Virus record (IMG/VR): IMGVR_UViG_3300011908_000001
Coordinates: 8,376 to 72,375 of that record
Length of the DNA: 64,000 bases
Reading direction: 5' to 3' (one strand)
Source of the DNA: a virus
Taxonomy: Duplodnaviria; Caudoviricetes
The notes under the pieces are model-generated. The model searched no databases, was not told the origin of the DNA, and worked only from the letters and a program-made list of their open reading frames with translations. A program made the position numbers and the translations under genes. Positions 31,104 through 42,805 of this stretch are shown piece by piece; within the stretch, counting starts at the first letter, position 1; every line of letters begins with the position of its first letter.

Positions 31104-32070
31104 TCATGAGTATTTTACAATAATATCCAACACCTCATCAACGGATTCTTTGTAAGAGTTAGAAATTATGCCATTGTAAGGGATGTGATAAAGAAAAAAA
31201 CCGTTGTTAACCGCATATTCTATCTTTCTTAGGTCGTGCCTACGTTGGGTAGCGAATTTATCAACGGCTTTTTCATAGCTCATATGCCCCATTGTAGACG
31301 GTCTGTAATGTTGGGAGCCGTTTATCTCCACTAAGAAATTTCCTACTTTGAAATCGTAAGAAAGGTTTCCCCCACCAACCCCTAAAAGACCTTTAAAACG
31401 AGCGCTAGTTTCCACCGGCAAGCCAAGTTTTAATGACTCTTCAAGGAAATACTTCTCACCGTACGAAACATGACAACCACAAATACTACAGCCGTGGGAT
31501 TCCCCCTTTCGGTGTCTTTTTATAGTCCACCTATTCCCACATTCACATACTAGGTCTAAAGGGTGATTAGCTCCTAAATATATTGAAGCCACCTTGATAG
31601 TTCCTCCATGATAAGTATCCAACTCTTCTTGAATACGCTGCTGGCGTTTAACAGCTGTACATTTATGGCAGTCAGCATATCCTGAGATAGCTACGCTCAT
31701 GTTGTACTCTTCTAGGTGACCCTCTTTACAGATGGCGGTGAAGTTTTTTTGAGATACTTGGGGGCATCTCTTTTATACACTTCATCCAATGGTTTTTACA
31801 AAGAACCTTCGATATAGCCTCTTTTAAAGACCTATCTTTTTCATACTCTTTAATTCTTTGCTTTTCAACACCATTAACCCTCTTTTTTTCTAACTTGCAC
31901 TCAAGGCAGTTAATGTTTTTGTAGCTCCTTGGCTCTCTCCAATGGGTATGACCTTTTTCACACTGATATTTAGCAGGGAAAGAAGACCCATTAAAATCGC
32001 TTACTAAGGTGAACCCTCTATCTTTAATGTACTCATTGTGTTTTTCTGATGGTTTTATACGCCTAACCAA
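31104..32070 (-). pseudogene. zinc-ribbon-repeat PD-(D/E)XK endonuclease interrupted by a 1-nt frameshift
   Basis: CxxGH...CxxC repeats; SYGE/YDF/VEING-QH/D..K motifs; removing one base of the T7 run at 31744-31750 joins the two ORFs; AGGAGG plus TTG at 32070. Confidence 0.7.
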
Positions 32071-32108
32071 TGTGTAGAACCTCCTCCTCCTAAGCATCAG
32101 AACCGGCG

Positions 32109-32231
32109 TTAACCACGCCATTTGGTATCTTCTCTATGCTGCTTGTTTTTACGCCTTAGTTGCCAGCTGATTAAAAGATTACCAAGGATCACCCCACACA
32201 TGGTGGATAATAATATGGTCAAAGCTTCCAC
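32109..32231 (-). CDS. 40-aa membrane peptide
   Basis: GGAGGT RBS, GTG start, MEALTILLSTMCGVILGNLLISWQLRRK...; perfect promoter at 32267-32295. Confidence 0.55.
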   Translation of the reverse strand: MEALTILLSTMCGVILGNLLISWQLRRKNKQHREDTKWRG

Positions 32232-32340
32232 AACGCCACCTCCGATCACCTTTATTAACATACCTTATTATAGCATAAAAAAGAGGCTTTGTCAAGCCCC
32301 TCTTAAAACTATTTATTACTTATCTCACACATCATCCTGC

Positions 32341-32853
32341 TTATACCTGTTTCTGAGACCATTTAGAAAATACTTCTAGGACTTGGGCGAACTCTCCCTG
32401 AGACAGCTTTTCGTAGGCATTGACCATGTCTTGTGTTCTCCCACTTTCTAGATCACCAACGGCTGTCATATTGACGTAAAAGTATAAATTACTTAGAACT
32501 GATTTAAAATACGAGTCAATGTGCTCTTCTTTCAACCACTCCAACACGATTTTCTGGTTGTCGTCTAACTGTGATTGCTGACTGGTCACCTCATACGTTT
32601 TCTCGAAAATATCTGGCTTACATGGATAAATCTCTCCTTCTACCCCTCTAATAATGTAGTCACCTGTTTTAGCAACCATTATCCCTTCTAAAGTTTTTAT
32701 TTCACACCATGCATCTTGCGGATAATTTTTACCGAAATTATAGGTAATAATTCTGTTTTCTGATACAGCATCCCAAAACCATTCTTCCCCTATAAGCCCT
32801 CTTGAATTTAATTTAAAAGCTTCAATAACTACTGGTTTCTTTCTGTATTTCAT
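32341..32853 (-). CDS. widespread phage protein (KYRKKP...GDYII...YPCKPDIF family) plus C-terminal domain
   Basis: Motif recognised from memory; start at MKYRKK. Confidence 0.65.
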   Translation of the reverse strand: MKYRKKPVVIEAFKLNSRGLIGEEWFWDAVSENRIITYNFGKNYPQDAWCEIKTLEGIMVAKTGDYIIRGVEGEIYPCKPDIFEKTYEVTSQQSQLDDNQKIVLEWLKEEHIDSYFKSVLSNLYFYVNMTAVGDLESGRTQDMVNAYEKLSQGEFAQVLEVFSKWSQKQV

Positions 32854-33407
32854 CCTTCCACCACCTCGTCCACCGGCACGGCAAACGCCCACAGGTTATC
32901 ACCTGCTGATTTTATTTCTTTTTCTGTTAAAAAGTAACGATACCCAAATACATTATCTGTAGTTGTCAATGTTGTAATAATTTCATCGTCACCATCTCCC
33001 TCGTCAATGACCAGATGATACTTAATGTTAAGATTAATTGTAACTGTATACAACGGCTCTTTCTCAACCTCGTAGCCATTAACCCATGCCTTCATAAGAG
33101 CTGTTGGATTGGCTAATGCCCACGCTACTCTTGGACTTTCATCACCTTCGCTTGGAAAGCTGTAATACCAGTCGTGATAAGTAACCACTACACTGTGTGC
33201 ATCAACGCCGAATTTATTCCAGTCATCAAGCATGTTGGCAACATCTTTTGGTACGAGCTGCTTGCGAACTTTGGCAGTATCCTGTGGTATTTCATTAAAA
33301 TCATAAACAAACTGTGTCAAGTCCTCCACCAGCTCATTATATGATCCAGTAGAATAGTATCTGTCTATAATGCTACGTACCTCTTTTTTAAGTTCTTCTT
33401 TATTCAT
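32850..33407 (-). CDS. DUF1642-like protein
   Basis: VPKDVANM...KAWVNGYEVEKEPLY...TEKEIK...WAFAVPV. Confidence 0.7.
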   Translation of the reverse strand: MNKEELKKEVRSIIDRYYSTGSYNELVEDLTQFVYDFNEIPQDTAKVRKQLVPKDVANMLDDWNKFGVDAHSVVVTYHDWYYSFPSEGDESPRVAWALANPTALMKAWVNGYEVEKEPLYTVTINLNIKYHLVIDEGDGDDEIITTLTTTDNVFGYRYFLTEKEIKSAGDNLWAFAVPVDEVVEG

Positions 33408-34601
33408 TTACACCATCCTCCATGACTTCTTTGATAAACCCCTCAATATCCTTAACCTGCTGGGAAGTCCACTCAAGCGATCTCTTACTCTTCTCAACCC
33501 GTTCCTCTGCTTCTTTCAATTCCTTTTGGTGCTCTTCAACAAGGCTTTTCATACGGTCTAACTCAGATACCAGAGGAGCCACTGCCTTAGCCTTTTCAAC
33601 AGGGTCAGTAACGGCTTTACGAACGTCTGCCTCATACTCATTGATAAAGTCCTCTTCATAAGGTACTAAAGCCTCAATCAGCTCTTTAGAGGCGATGAAC
33701 CCGTCGGAGATGTTGTCTTGCCAAGCACGCAGTCGAAGAAACTCGATGTCCTCTCCATTGGAAGCACGACCCTCTAACACGTCATATAGGTAGCCTACTT
33801 TCAGCCCCTCTATTTCTTCTTTTACCATCACACCTTGGGTTTTACTAAGATCGTTAAAATTCATTAAAATTCCTCCTTATCTGAGTCCAATAAAACAGCC
33901 TTGTCGGCGGTTAACAGTATCCTTTCGATATAGCCTTCCGCCCTCTCTAAGCTGTCGAAATACTGTAAATAATACCTGCTAGGAAACCCCCTGTGAGGGG
34001 TCACCTTAACAATGTATTTAAACCTCTTCATAATCCCACCACACTACGTCACAGTCGTCCTCATATTTCAGGCAAGTGGCTTCCAAGTCCTCTTCATTTA
34101 CCAACTCGGTTCCTACAACGCCGTCATACAGCTCGTAGCTAAACTTGTACATAGTCATAATGTGTTAACCCCTTCCTTAAAGCCTTCTAAATAGGCGATC
34201 GTCTCGTTGACAGTCCACCCATAGTTCTTAATGGCTTCGATAAGCTTGTCTACGTCAATAGAAGTACCCTCATCAGCGGCGTTCTCAAGGGCTTTGCCCC
34301 CAGTGCTTGCTACTACCTCCACTTGGCGAGGCTCCAACCACCATCTCCCAAAATCTGCTGAGTCAATTACTAGGTCTCCATCCTTGTCAATGGACGTGAC
34401 CTCATAAACTTCCCCTACTTTCACAATTCCCCTATCCGAAGGAGTAGCGTGTACAACCTTTACAAGGTCACCTTCATAGAATTTTCTACAATCTTCTACC
34501 ATCCCTAGTTTATCGCCTTTTTTAAACATACTAAAACCTCCAATTAATTTATAAACTAAGTATAACCCCTGAACAGGTTTTCTGTCAAGCCTTAAATACA
34601 A
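33400..34601 (-). CDS. hypothetical proteins (33400-33864 with coiled coil; 34155-about 34529)
   Basis: ORFs with RBS; promoter -35 at 34583. Confidence 0.65.
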
Positions 34602-34857
34602 AAAAGCACTCCCCAGCTAGCTAAACTAGAGAATGCTTCGACGGCTGTTTGCAACGCTGTGCACTGCGTTCAAGTGGTGAGGCGCCACCTCTTAGCGCTT
34701 TTAAAGGTATCCACTCATTAGGCACATAACCCTTGCCTGATCCCCATTATTTATTTAGCGGATGAGGACACCCCTGCTTTAAGTGCTTCATACTGGCATA
34801 ATTCACACAACCCTACAGTACCCTGTTGGCTAGGACATATAGGGTAACCAACTGTAT
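34600..34857 (-). ncRNA. putative ~255-nt structured RNA
   Basis: Perfect promoter (TTGACA 34892-87, 17 bp, TG-A-TATAAT) and 13-bp terminator (34600-38) with no RBS-led ORF between. Confidence 0.6.
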
Positions 34858-34888
34858 GAGACTATTATATCATATAATGGAGTTTTTG

Positions 34889-37800
34889 TCAACCATTAGT
34901 TACTTTAATAAACTTAATTAAGCCTCTATCCAAGATATTGAAGTAGGATGCTCCATTAGAGGACGGTATTTCAAGGAAACGTGTGTCTTGCTTGTCTAAC
35001 TCGTTGCGTACATACTGTTTGGCAGAATCATATCCTTGGTAAGTAACCGTGTTGACAGTACCATCTGAAAAGTACGTGTCAATATATCCTAAACTCTTAT
35101 ACATAGCTATTCGTCCTCCTTTGTAAAGGCGTATACAGCGCCCTCCCCATACTTCTCTTTCACCAACTCGTCGATCTGCTGTTCAGCAACTTCTTGGTCA
35201 TGGCTGCCAAAGGCGCTGAGAACGTCTAAGTCCCCTGACTCATTGCTGATTAATACAATATACTTACAATCGTTTCTCACTTGCCTTCCTCCTTTAGACT
35301 TTCTAACACCTTTTCAATGTCTTCTACAAAGACTACTTGGTCGTAAGGATAATAGTTCTCGAAAGCTGTCTTCAATTCTAATCGATTCTCTCTAATAAGC
35401 TCTGCTAACTTCTCACTGGGTTTTAGCATATTGCACCCATAACCGTTCTAATGCAATCAGCCCCAGTTATAAGTCGTTCTCTGGTAGCTTCTACCTCTAA
35501 CTCGACAGTAAAATTATCCCCTGAGACAATATTAACAACTGTCCCTTCTTTATGCAGTCTCCCACCAATCGTTTTAATGTCCCTGTCAAGCACACAATAA
35601 GACTCTCCTAAATAAGACATCACACGTTTGGCTTCTTCAAGGTGTTCAATAAGTGAACAAAGCTCGTGATATTCCATAGTAAGTTCCAAGCACTCTTCCT
35701 CACCATATATACCTAATAAAGTAGCTTCTTTATTGCCGGTTAGCTCGATGTTCCACTCATTCAAAATACCCATCGAATTGACTACAAATGAATTTTTTGA
35801 TTCCATTATAACCCTCCCTAGTTTTCTGGTTTAATTACCATTGGGTAGCCTAGTAATTGTTGAATAGCCGACCCTTCTGACATGTTAACAAATCCCGTAA
35901 ATTCGCCATGCTGTGCCTTTTCATAAAACCAGTTTCTAAATTGGAATAAGAAACTACCCATTTCATACCCTTCGGTAGAGTTGTATTCTTTAAGCATGGA
36001 GACGGGTACTTCTACCTCTTCATCCATGTACCATTTACCAGATTTCTTAAAATAGCTTACCAATACTTTCAGAGGTTCATCCTCTGGTATTCCGTCTACA
36101 AAACTAAGCTTCTCAAAGTCAATCTCAGCGGACTGCTCATCAGCCTCTTCAAACAAAGCATCCAATACATCATTAAGTTCTTCGGGAGTTCCCTCCATAG
36201 TTATGTTGATTTTCATTCTTCATCCTCCTTAGCCAGCGGCGTTCCCCACTGCTTTATTATGTATTTACTATACCACCTAAAGGGGGTTTATGTCAATATC
36301 TTTTTAACAAAAAAAAGACGTTCTTTCGAACGCCTCTGTAAATGCTATTGAAATACATGTAGTAAATCTCTCTCTAGCTTATCAACCGTCTGTAAATCTT
36401 CCTGATATTGCTGATAGCTATCCTCTACTAATCCTTTGTACAATTTAAGCTCTTTGCGAGTCTTAACATACTTCTCTAGCTTATCAATGTCAAGTTCCTC
36501 TAAAAAGTCTAATGTAGGCTTAATATGGAGCTCTTTATGGTCATTGGCGATGAAACACCCTAAGCGTTTACCGTTAATAAATACTTCCAACGGGTTGTTC
36601 TCAACCTCAACAGGTCTCATGATCTTAGGGTGGGCTGGTCGAAAGGCTAATCTAATAGATGATTTACTTACATACTGACCGTCCGAACCGGCACCGTCGA
36701 TATTAACGCTGTTACCAAGTATATCAAGCACCTCCGTATAATCACCTTTTTTGTAAAGCTCTTTTGAACCTTTTTTATAAGCATAAGAAGGATTATCGAG
36801 TATTTCTACGATGTCGCCTACTTTAAAATCCTCTTTAGAGTGGTGGTAAACTAAATTTGATTTATGGAAAGGTACCCATAAGATAGTTCCAAATTTATCC
36901 ATTACCACCCCACATAAAAGATTTTCTGCGGATAATTGAATTACTGCTACCCTGCCATATCCAAAATCTCCCTCGATGTAGTCGCCTACCTTGATTTCTG
37001 CCGGTACGAAGAGGCTTTCTGAATACCCACAAATATCATTAACGTTGTTAATCACCTCTAGGTCATCTGAGTACGCATCATGTTTAACCACTTTGTAGTA
37101 GCCACCCTTTTTAATATCGTTCCAATACAAGGGATCAATACATTTGACAATATCACCTTTTTTAAAATAGCTGTTCATCTACTGTTTCCTCCTTTAATAT
37201 AGCCATTCATACCCAAAGTCTAGGAGAACGTCCTCCTCAAAGGGTTGGGCTCTCCATAACTCCGTGTCAAGGTATGCTAACTCATCATTAATAAACTTCT
37301 TCCACTCTTGCTTATCTACTCGCCTTTGGTAGCGCCGCTGCTCAACCTTTAGCTTAGGGTCAAGCTTCCCTGTATAATATGAATAGTCCCAGTCAATATA
37401 CTTGTACCTAGCCTTAATGTAATCGCTGTATCCCATGTCTATCAAATCCTTCCGAAAGGTTATAGTTCCTTTGAAGAAGAGTTTACCAGAGGGCTATCTT
37501 ACAAACATTTGGTTAAAGCTTTTGATAGCTGCCTCGTCATATACATCTAAAGCATACCCTCTAGGATTTAACAACTCAACTTCACGAAACATTCGATTCT
37601 CTTTGCTAGAGGCTACCTCAAGTGAGGCAACAAGTGTTAGAGGGTTAATATCGTTCTGGTGGTAAAGCAAAATGCTTTCTCCTAGGGCATTTTCATCACT
37701 ACTTCCTAAGACCATTAGAAAGTCTTTAACTTCTCCCAAGTCATTCAGAACAAGAAGAGGTTCAACGACCTCTCCCTCCCACTGGAAATCTTGTACACGG

Positions 37801-38362
37801 CTTACTAACCAGTAATCGTTACCCATTATAAGGTACCTCCAACAGGCAGAATGAAACGACCTCCAAGAGGCTGCTCAACGTATGAGATAGAGGCATTGGT
37901 AAACTCCTCACTACGCTTACTAAAGTCACTATCAGCTTGAGAACGTAGAATGTAACGTCTCAGGTTAAGGAAGTCTAAGTATTCACTCTGTGTGAACACC
38001 TCGCAAACATCTCTAACTGATACTCCGTCGGCTTTTTCTTCTACCACTTCTTCAAGGGAGTTGGTGTATCCCATAATAAACTGGTACGTATCTGGTTCAA
38101 TAGATGTTAGAGGACTCTTGATAGCCTCTACAATGTCCATTTCATTGACTACCAAGTCTGGGATATCCCCTTTGCCAACAGCCTTCAAAAAGGCAATGCG
38201 GTCAGAGGGGTTACCATGCGCCATGTAAACAGCCTCAATTACGGGGGCTGTCTGGTCAGCTTTGTAAAGCTCTAAGTCCACATCTACTTTAAGGTACCGT
38301 ACAAGTACTTTAGCACCTTTGTCTACATTGCTAAAATTAGCTTCCATCTCGTATTCCTCCAA
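34889..38362 (-). CDS. cluster of hypothetical proteins
   Basis: 34889-35104, 35423-35806, 35818-36216, 36345-37178, 37194-37445, 37494-37826, 37826-38362. Confidence 0.65.
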
Positions 38363-38437
38363 TCATTTGATAAAACCATCTTACCACGCCATCTGTGAAA
38401 CTGTCAAGCATTTTTTGCTCCGCAATTTAAAAGTATT

Positions 38438-38657
38438 AAAAAAGCCCCTACGCCAAAACTGACATAGAGACTCCCTCAGGATCACCATTAGTATTACTTA
38501 TACAAGGATTTTATCAATCTTTCTTAACGCCGTTTATCAAAGGCTTCTTATAAGCATCTTGTATCAGAGGTGGTTAAGCATCTGTTAGTAATGGAAAGTC
38601 TATGTTAACGAGCGAAGCTCGTAGCGAACAAAGTTCGCTTAATAAGAACCTTTCCTT
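38438..38657 (-). ncRNA. putative ~220-nt RNA or origin element with twin triloop hairpins
   Basis: TTGCAT-17-TATAAT promoter (38692-38664), terminator 38438-72, hairpins at 38608-38639. Confidence 0.5.
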
Positions 38658-38772
38658 AAGTGCATTATAACATCTTTTGGAAAGTCATGCAAGCATTAGA
38701 ACGGTATATTAGAAAATTCTAATCTATTCTTATAACTTTCTTAAACATTAGTAAGCTGGAAGCCCTTTTTAA

Positions 38773-41045
38773 CTAATCCACCCGTTTGAATCTACCATCT
38801 TTAATGGCTTGTCCTAGCTCTTCTGCAAAGATAATCTCTTGGTCAGGGGTGAATAAAGCGAACTTCTCAGCTAGTGGCATAAGTATTTCGTAAACTTTAG
38901 GGTAAACTTCTCCTTCCGGAGTGTAAGGTAAATCTACGAGGATGTAGAAGATGGAAGAAACATAAGTTACCCCCTCCTTAAAAAAGTCAATCTCCTTTAC
39001 AGCCTTTTCCAAGTCGTTAATAAATTGTTCCATTTCAATAGTTGTATTCATAGTACCCTCCTAAATTTTATCTGCTTAGCATGTACTGAGAAAGGTCGTT
39101 AATAGCTTTTGTGGCTTTTACCGACTCTCTATCGATTTCTTCATCAAGCCGTTGCATAAGACCCTCTCGAATGCGTTCATGAATGTTACTGTCAATGCTT
39201 ACATCAGCAAGCTGTTTGCGTAATTGACCAATATTGGCTACTGCTTTTAAATATTCCGTCTGTGAATCGTATAATTCCTTCATAATTGCCTCCCTAAGCT
39301 TCATTAAATGGTTACTAGCCCATTTGATTGAGCATACATCTTTCGTAAACGTTTAAGCAATGCTTTCACGACCAGTCACCTCCTTAAACTTTTCACGCCA
39401 TTTCCATACTGGGACAAGGTGGTTGTTAATCTTGCCCATGACTATACCTCCTAAATCACGTGCAATAACAGAGGCTGATCCAAAAGTACGTCCATGACCT
39501 TCTAACTCTTCTATAAGGTCTGGGATATTGTCAATGTAGAATAACGCCTTGTTGTCTAAGTAACTGTCAAAGATACAATTTCCAACTACTACAAAAAAGT
39601 TGTCTAATACTGGCTCCCATTCATACTCAATTTCAAGGGTGGCAACTGAACTCGTAGGGGACTGGCTATCCAAACATAATGGAGAAGCTGTTTTCTTCAA
39701 AGTGTAAAAGTTGCTAAGCATTTGGAGTTCCTCTTCATTTACCCTTCCAAATTTATCGTAGGCAACAATCCCGAACTCCTCTTTAACCATCTCTGCGATA
39801 TGCTTGTTTTGATGTTTTACCATACCACTTAGGTACTTTTCTAAATCATATTCTTCTTCAAACATCCATCTCACTCCTTATGATTTCTTCCCAAGTCTTC
39901 ATAACGTCTTCAAAATCTACGACATCAACCTTATCTACAAGTATCTTAACATACTTACCCTCAAGTTGTAAAGCCTTTTTTGAAATTTCTGCACGGCTTT
40001 TGTTAAAGTAGCATGAATGGATGCTGTACGGCTGTTGGTAAGTCTCTTTTACATATATGGCGTAAATCATCAGAACTCCTCCCAGCCTTTAAGCTTGCTA
40101 CTGGCAGATGCTTCTTCTAAGGCTGTGTAAGCTCGTTTAAGGAGTTTTGATTCAGGGGTGTCCTCTTGTAACGAAACGTCCTTTCCAAGGCTCAGGGCGC
40201 CCTCTAGGAAGTCTCTGGCATCACTTAACTCCCGCTTCTCCTTTTGGAGTTTCTCGACTTGCTTTTCCAGTGATTTGATACGCCCCATTAACGCCAGCTC
40301 CTCCTCCGGTCTAGCAGGGTTGCCCAGTAGTCCTACTTCGTCTCGATCTTGAAGTAATCCTCTATTGATACCATTGTTATACACCCTTGATATAATAGGT
40401 GTCAAATACAATTGAACAGCCTTGGGGTCTCCCATCTGATACATCGCTTCACCTGAAAGTATCTGAAAGGCTATAACCCCTTTGTCTGAGTCCTCCACAG
40501 CAATGTAGCCATCGTGTAGCCTCTTCTCTACTTTAACCTTAATACGCCCCATAACGATCATCTCCTTCACACCACTATAATACCACCTTATAGAGTAATT
40601 GTCAATAGGTAAAATAAAAAAGACACCCTTGCGGATGTCCTTAGTATTGCCCACCTATGCTTACCATATCTGAGAAAGCCTCTAATACGCTTTTTCCAGT
40701 GATATGGTTATCATATTCTTGCATAAAGTTGTATTCAAGCTGCCGTAATTCACCATGAATCCACCCAATTCCCTCAGCGTAGCCTGAATCCAATTCAATA
40801 AGAATCCCGTAAGGGTTTTGTTGAGCTGTAAAAAAGGGATCATCGCTCTCATCATACTTAAAAGGTTCCCAATCAGCCCACACCCACCCGTTTGGAATTG
40901 CCACGAGGTTTGCAAACTCTTGGTATTCACCCAAATCTTTAAATAAAATGGATAGTGGCTCATCCATAGACTTTACTAGTTCTTGCATGATATCTTTGGT
41001 ACCGAAGGCTGTTACTAATTCTAACACACTTTTTGGATATTTCAA
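38773..41045 (-). CDS. cluster of hypothetical proteins
   Basis: 38773-39051, 39068-39304, 39353-39874, 39858-40070, 40070-40552, 40641-41045. Confidence 0.65.
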
Positions 41046-41148
41046 TTAAATTCCCCCTCATTGTCTCTGGTAATCTGTTTAAGAGCTTTTAAGGGCTCTC
41101 AGGTCTATTTATATTACCTCATACTAAAACCTCTTAGAGAGCTTCCTG

Positions 41149-41625
41149 TTAAGTATAATGAACTCTTGTGCGACTGACTGTGTAGATGATGCCTTTTTCA
41201 ATATTGACAAACTTGTTTGGATACTTGCTCGAGGAAACCTCTGCCCCAAGCTTCTTAATCTTAGCATAAGCATCGGCTTCTGTCAAGTAGACTCCAAATA
41301 TTTCCGATGCCCCGTTGAAAGTGGCTTTATGAACCACCCAACCTTCATGATAACCTGTAGGAGTCATAGAAAGCTCTGCATCCTCATCAGAGAAGAACTC
41401 GTCTAAGGGGTATCCCAGAGCCTTTGAAATCTTAATAAGGGTTGTCATAGAGATATTAGCGCCTCTTCTAGCAAAGAAAGAGGAATGCCCAATCTCCTTG
41501 CATAAAAAGGACTGTGTAACACCATTGATTTCCATTAAGTATTCAATTCTCTCCCAAAGACGGTCTAACTCTTCTTGCATTTCGCTTCCTCCTAAATTAG
41601 TTTCATTATTTCTTTTACAATACAT
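41149..41625 (-). CDS. XRE-family HTH protein with C-terminal domain
   Basis: RIEYLMEINGVTQSFLCKEIG...TLIKISKALGYPLDEFF. Confidence 0.7.
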   Translation of the reverse strand: MYCKRNNETNLGGSEMQEELDRLWERIEYLMEINGVTQSFLCKEIGHSSFFARRGANISMTTLIKISKALGYPLDEFFSDEDAELSMTPTGYHEGWVVHKATFNGASEIFGVYLTEADAYAKIKKLGAEVSSSKYPNKFVNIEKGIIYTVSRTRVHYT

Positions 41626-42410
41626 GGATCACTTACTAACTCTAGCTTGTCTTCCAAGTCCTCCAGAGTAATCAAAAAACCTTCTGAATATTTATTTAAT
41701 TTAACAATGTCCTCGAAGACTTGCCCGTCTGCTTGGTAAATTGTTAGACTAACCTTTCCAGAGTTATCGTAAGGATTTTCTACTATATAGAAAGCATAGG
41801 TGTATTCTTCGTAGTCTGTTGACCAACCGCTATGCTTCCATGCGTAAACTTGCCCAACCTCTGGTAAAAGCGTTACTTCAACGCCCTCTTTTTCACCTTC
41901 TGGAGTATTGAACTTCTTCATCACCTCATGAACGTCGTTGGCTAATTCCTCGGCAGTACAGTAAGCTTTTGATAGGTTGCCAGAAGAACCAAAGCCGTTG
42001 TCACCTCGGTCTTTTTCTTCCACTTCATCAACCTCGAACATCTCTGCATAAGGTCGTTCAGAGAATACAATCTGAGCAATCTTAAACCCTCTAGGAATCA
42101 TAAGAGGCTCTGTGGTAAGGTTTGTGACAATCACTTTAACTTCTCCTGTGTACTCTTCATCCACGGTGCCGTACCACACCATCATGTTGCCTTGGAGGGA
42201 AAGTCCTGAACGGGGGCGTACACTACCCTCCATACCCTCTGGAATGTCAAATGCAATACCTGTGGGAAGGGCTTGTGTAGCGGTTGATGACTGGAACTTA
42301 CCAAGGACTACTGCCTCACTTGTATAAAGGTCAAAGCCTGCATCTGTAATGCGCTTTTGGCTAGGCTCAGTAGCGTGCTCTGATAACTTGCTGTATTTGA
42401 TTGTCTTCAT
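41592..42410 (-). CDS. dut: trimeric dUTPase with ~125-aa C-terminal extension
   Basis: DAGFDL, RPRSGL, GTVDEEYTGE, IAQIV, RGDNGFGSSG. Confidence 0.92.
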   Translation of the reverse strand: MKTIKYSKLSEHATEPSQKRITDAGFDLYTSEAVVLGKFQSSTATQALPTGIAFDIPEGMEGSVRPRSGLSLQGNMMVWYGTVDEEYTGEVKVIVTNLTTEPLMIPRGFKIAQIVFSERPYAEMFEVDEVEEKDRGDNGFGSSGNLSKAYCTAEELANDVHEVMKKFNTPEGEKEGVEVTLLPEVGQVYAWKHSGWSTDYEEYTYAFYIVENPYDNSGKVSLTIYQADGQVFEDIVKLNKYSEGFLITLEDLEDKLELVSDPCIVKEIMKLI

Positions 42411-42805
42411 TATTCATAACCTCCGATTAAACTAGTTACTTCGTGGACTGTTTTAAGCTTATGCTTAAGCGATTTAATCTCTCTTTCTAAAACCTGTTTA
42501 TGTCGAACGTATTCCCCTATGAGGCTCTCTTGGGCTTGGTTATCCTTTTTAACACGCTCTAACTCATCCTTGATGGAAACAAGCTCATTGAACTCCTCCT
42601 TGATGGAAACAAGCTCACTGAACTCCTCCAAACTCATGCGACGAAATTTGGCAGATGATTTCCATCTCAAATCAAAGTCTTCGTCACGTAATTGTACCAT
42701 GCAACTATCACAGTCTAAAACCTTATAAGGCTTTCCCTTTATAAAGCAGGGATCGTCCCACTTGTCAATAGAAACTACGTATTCTCCTCTTTCAAACTTG
42801 CTCAT
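42410..42805 (-). CDS. hypothetical protein with 10-aa tandem repeat
   Basis: 30-bp tandem duplication at 42567-42626. Confidence 0.7.
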   Translation of the reverse strand: MSKFERGEYVVSIDKWDDPCFIKGKPYKVLDCDSCMVQLRDEDFDLRWKSSAKFRRMSLEEFSELVSIKEEFNELVSIKDELERVKKDNQAQESLIGEYVRHKQVLEREIKSLKHKLKTVHEVTSLIGGYE

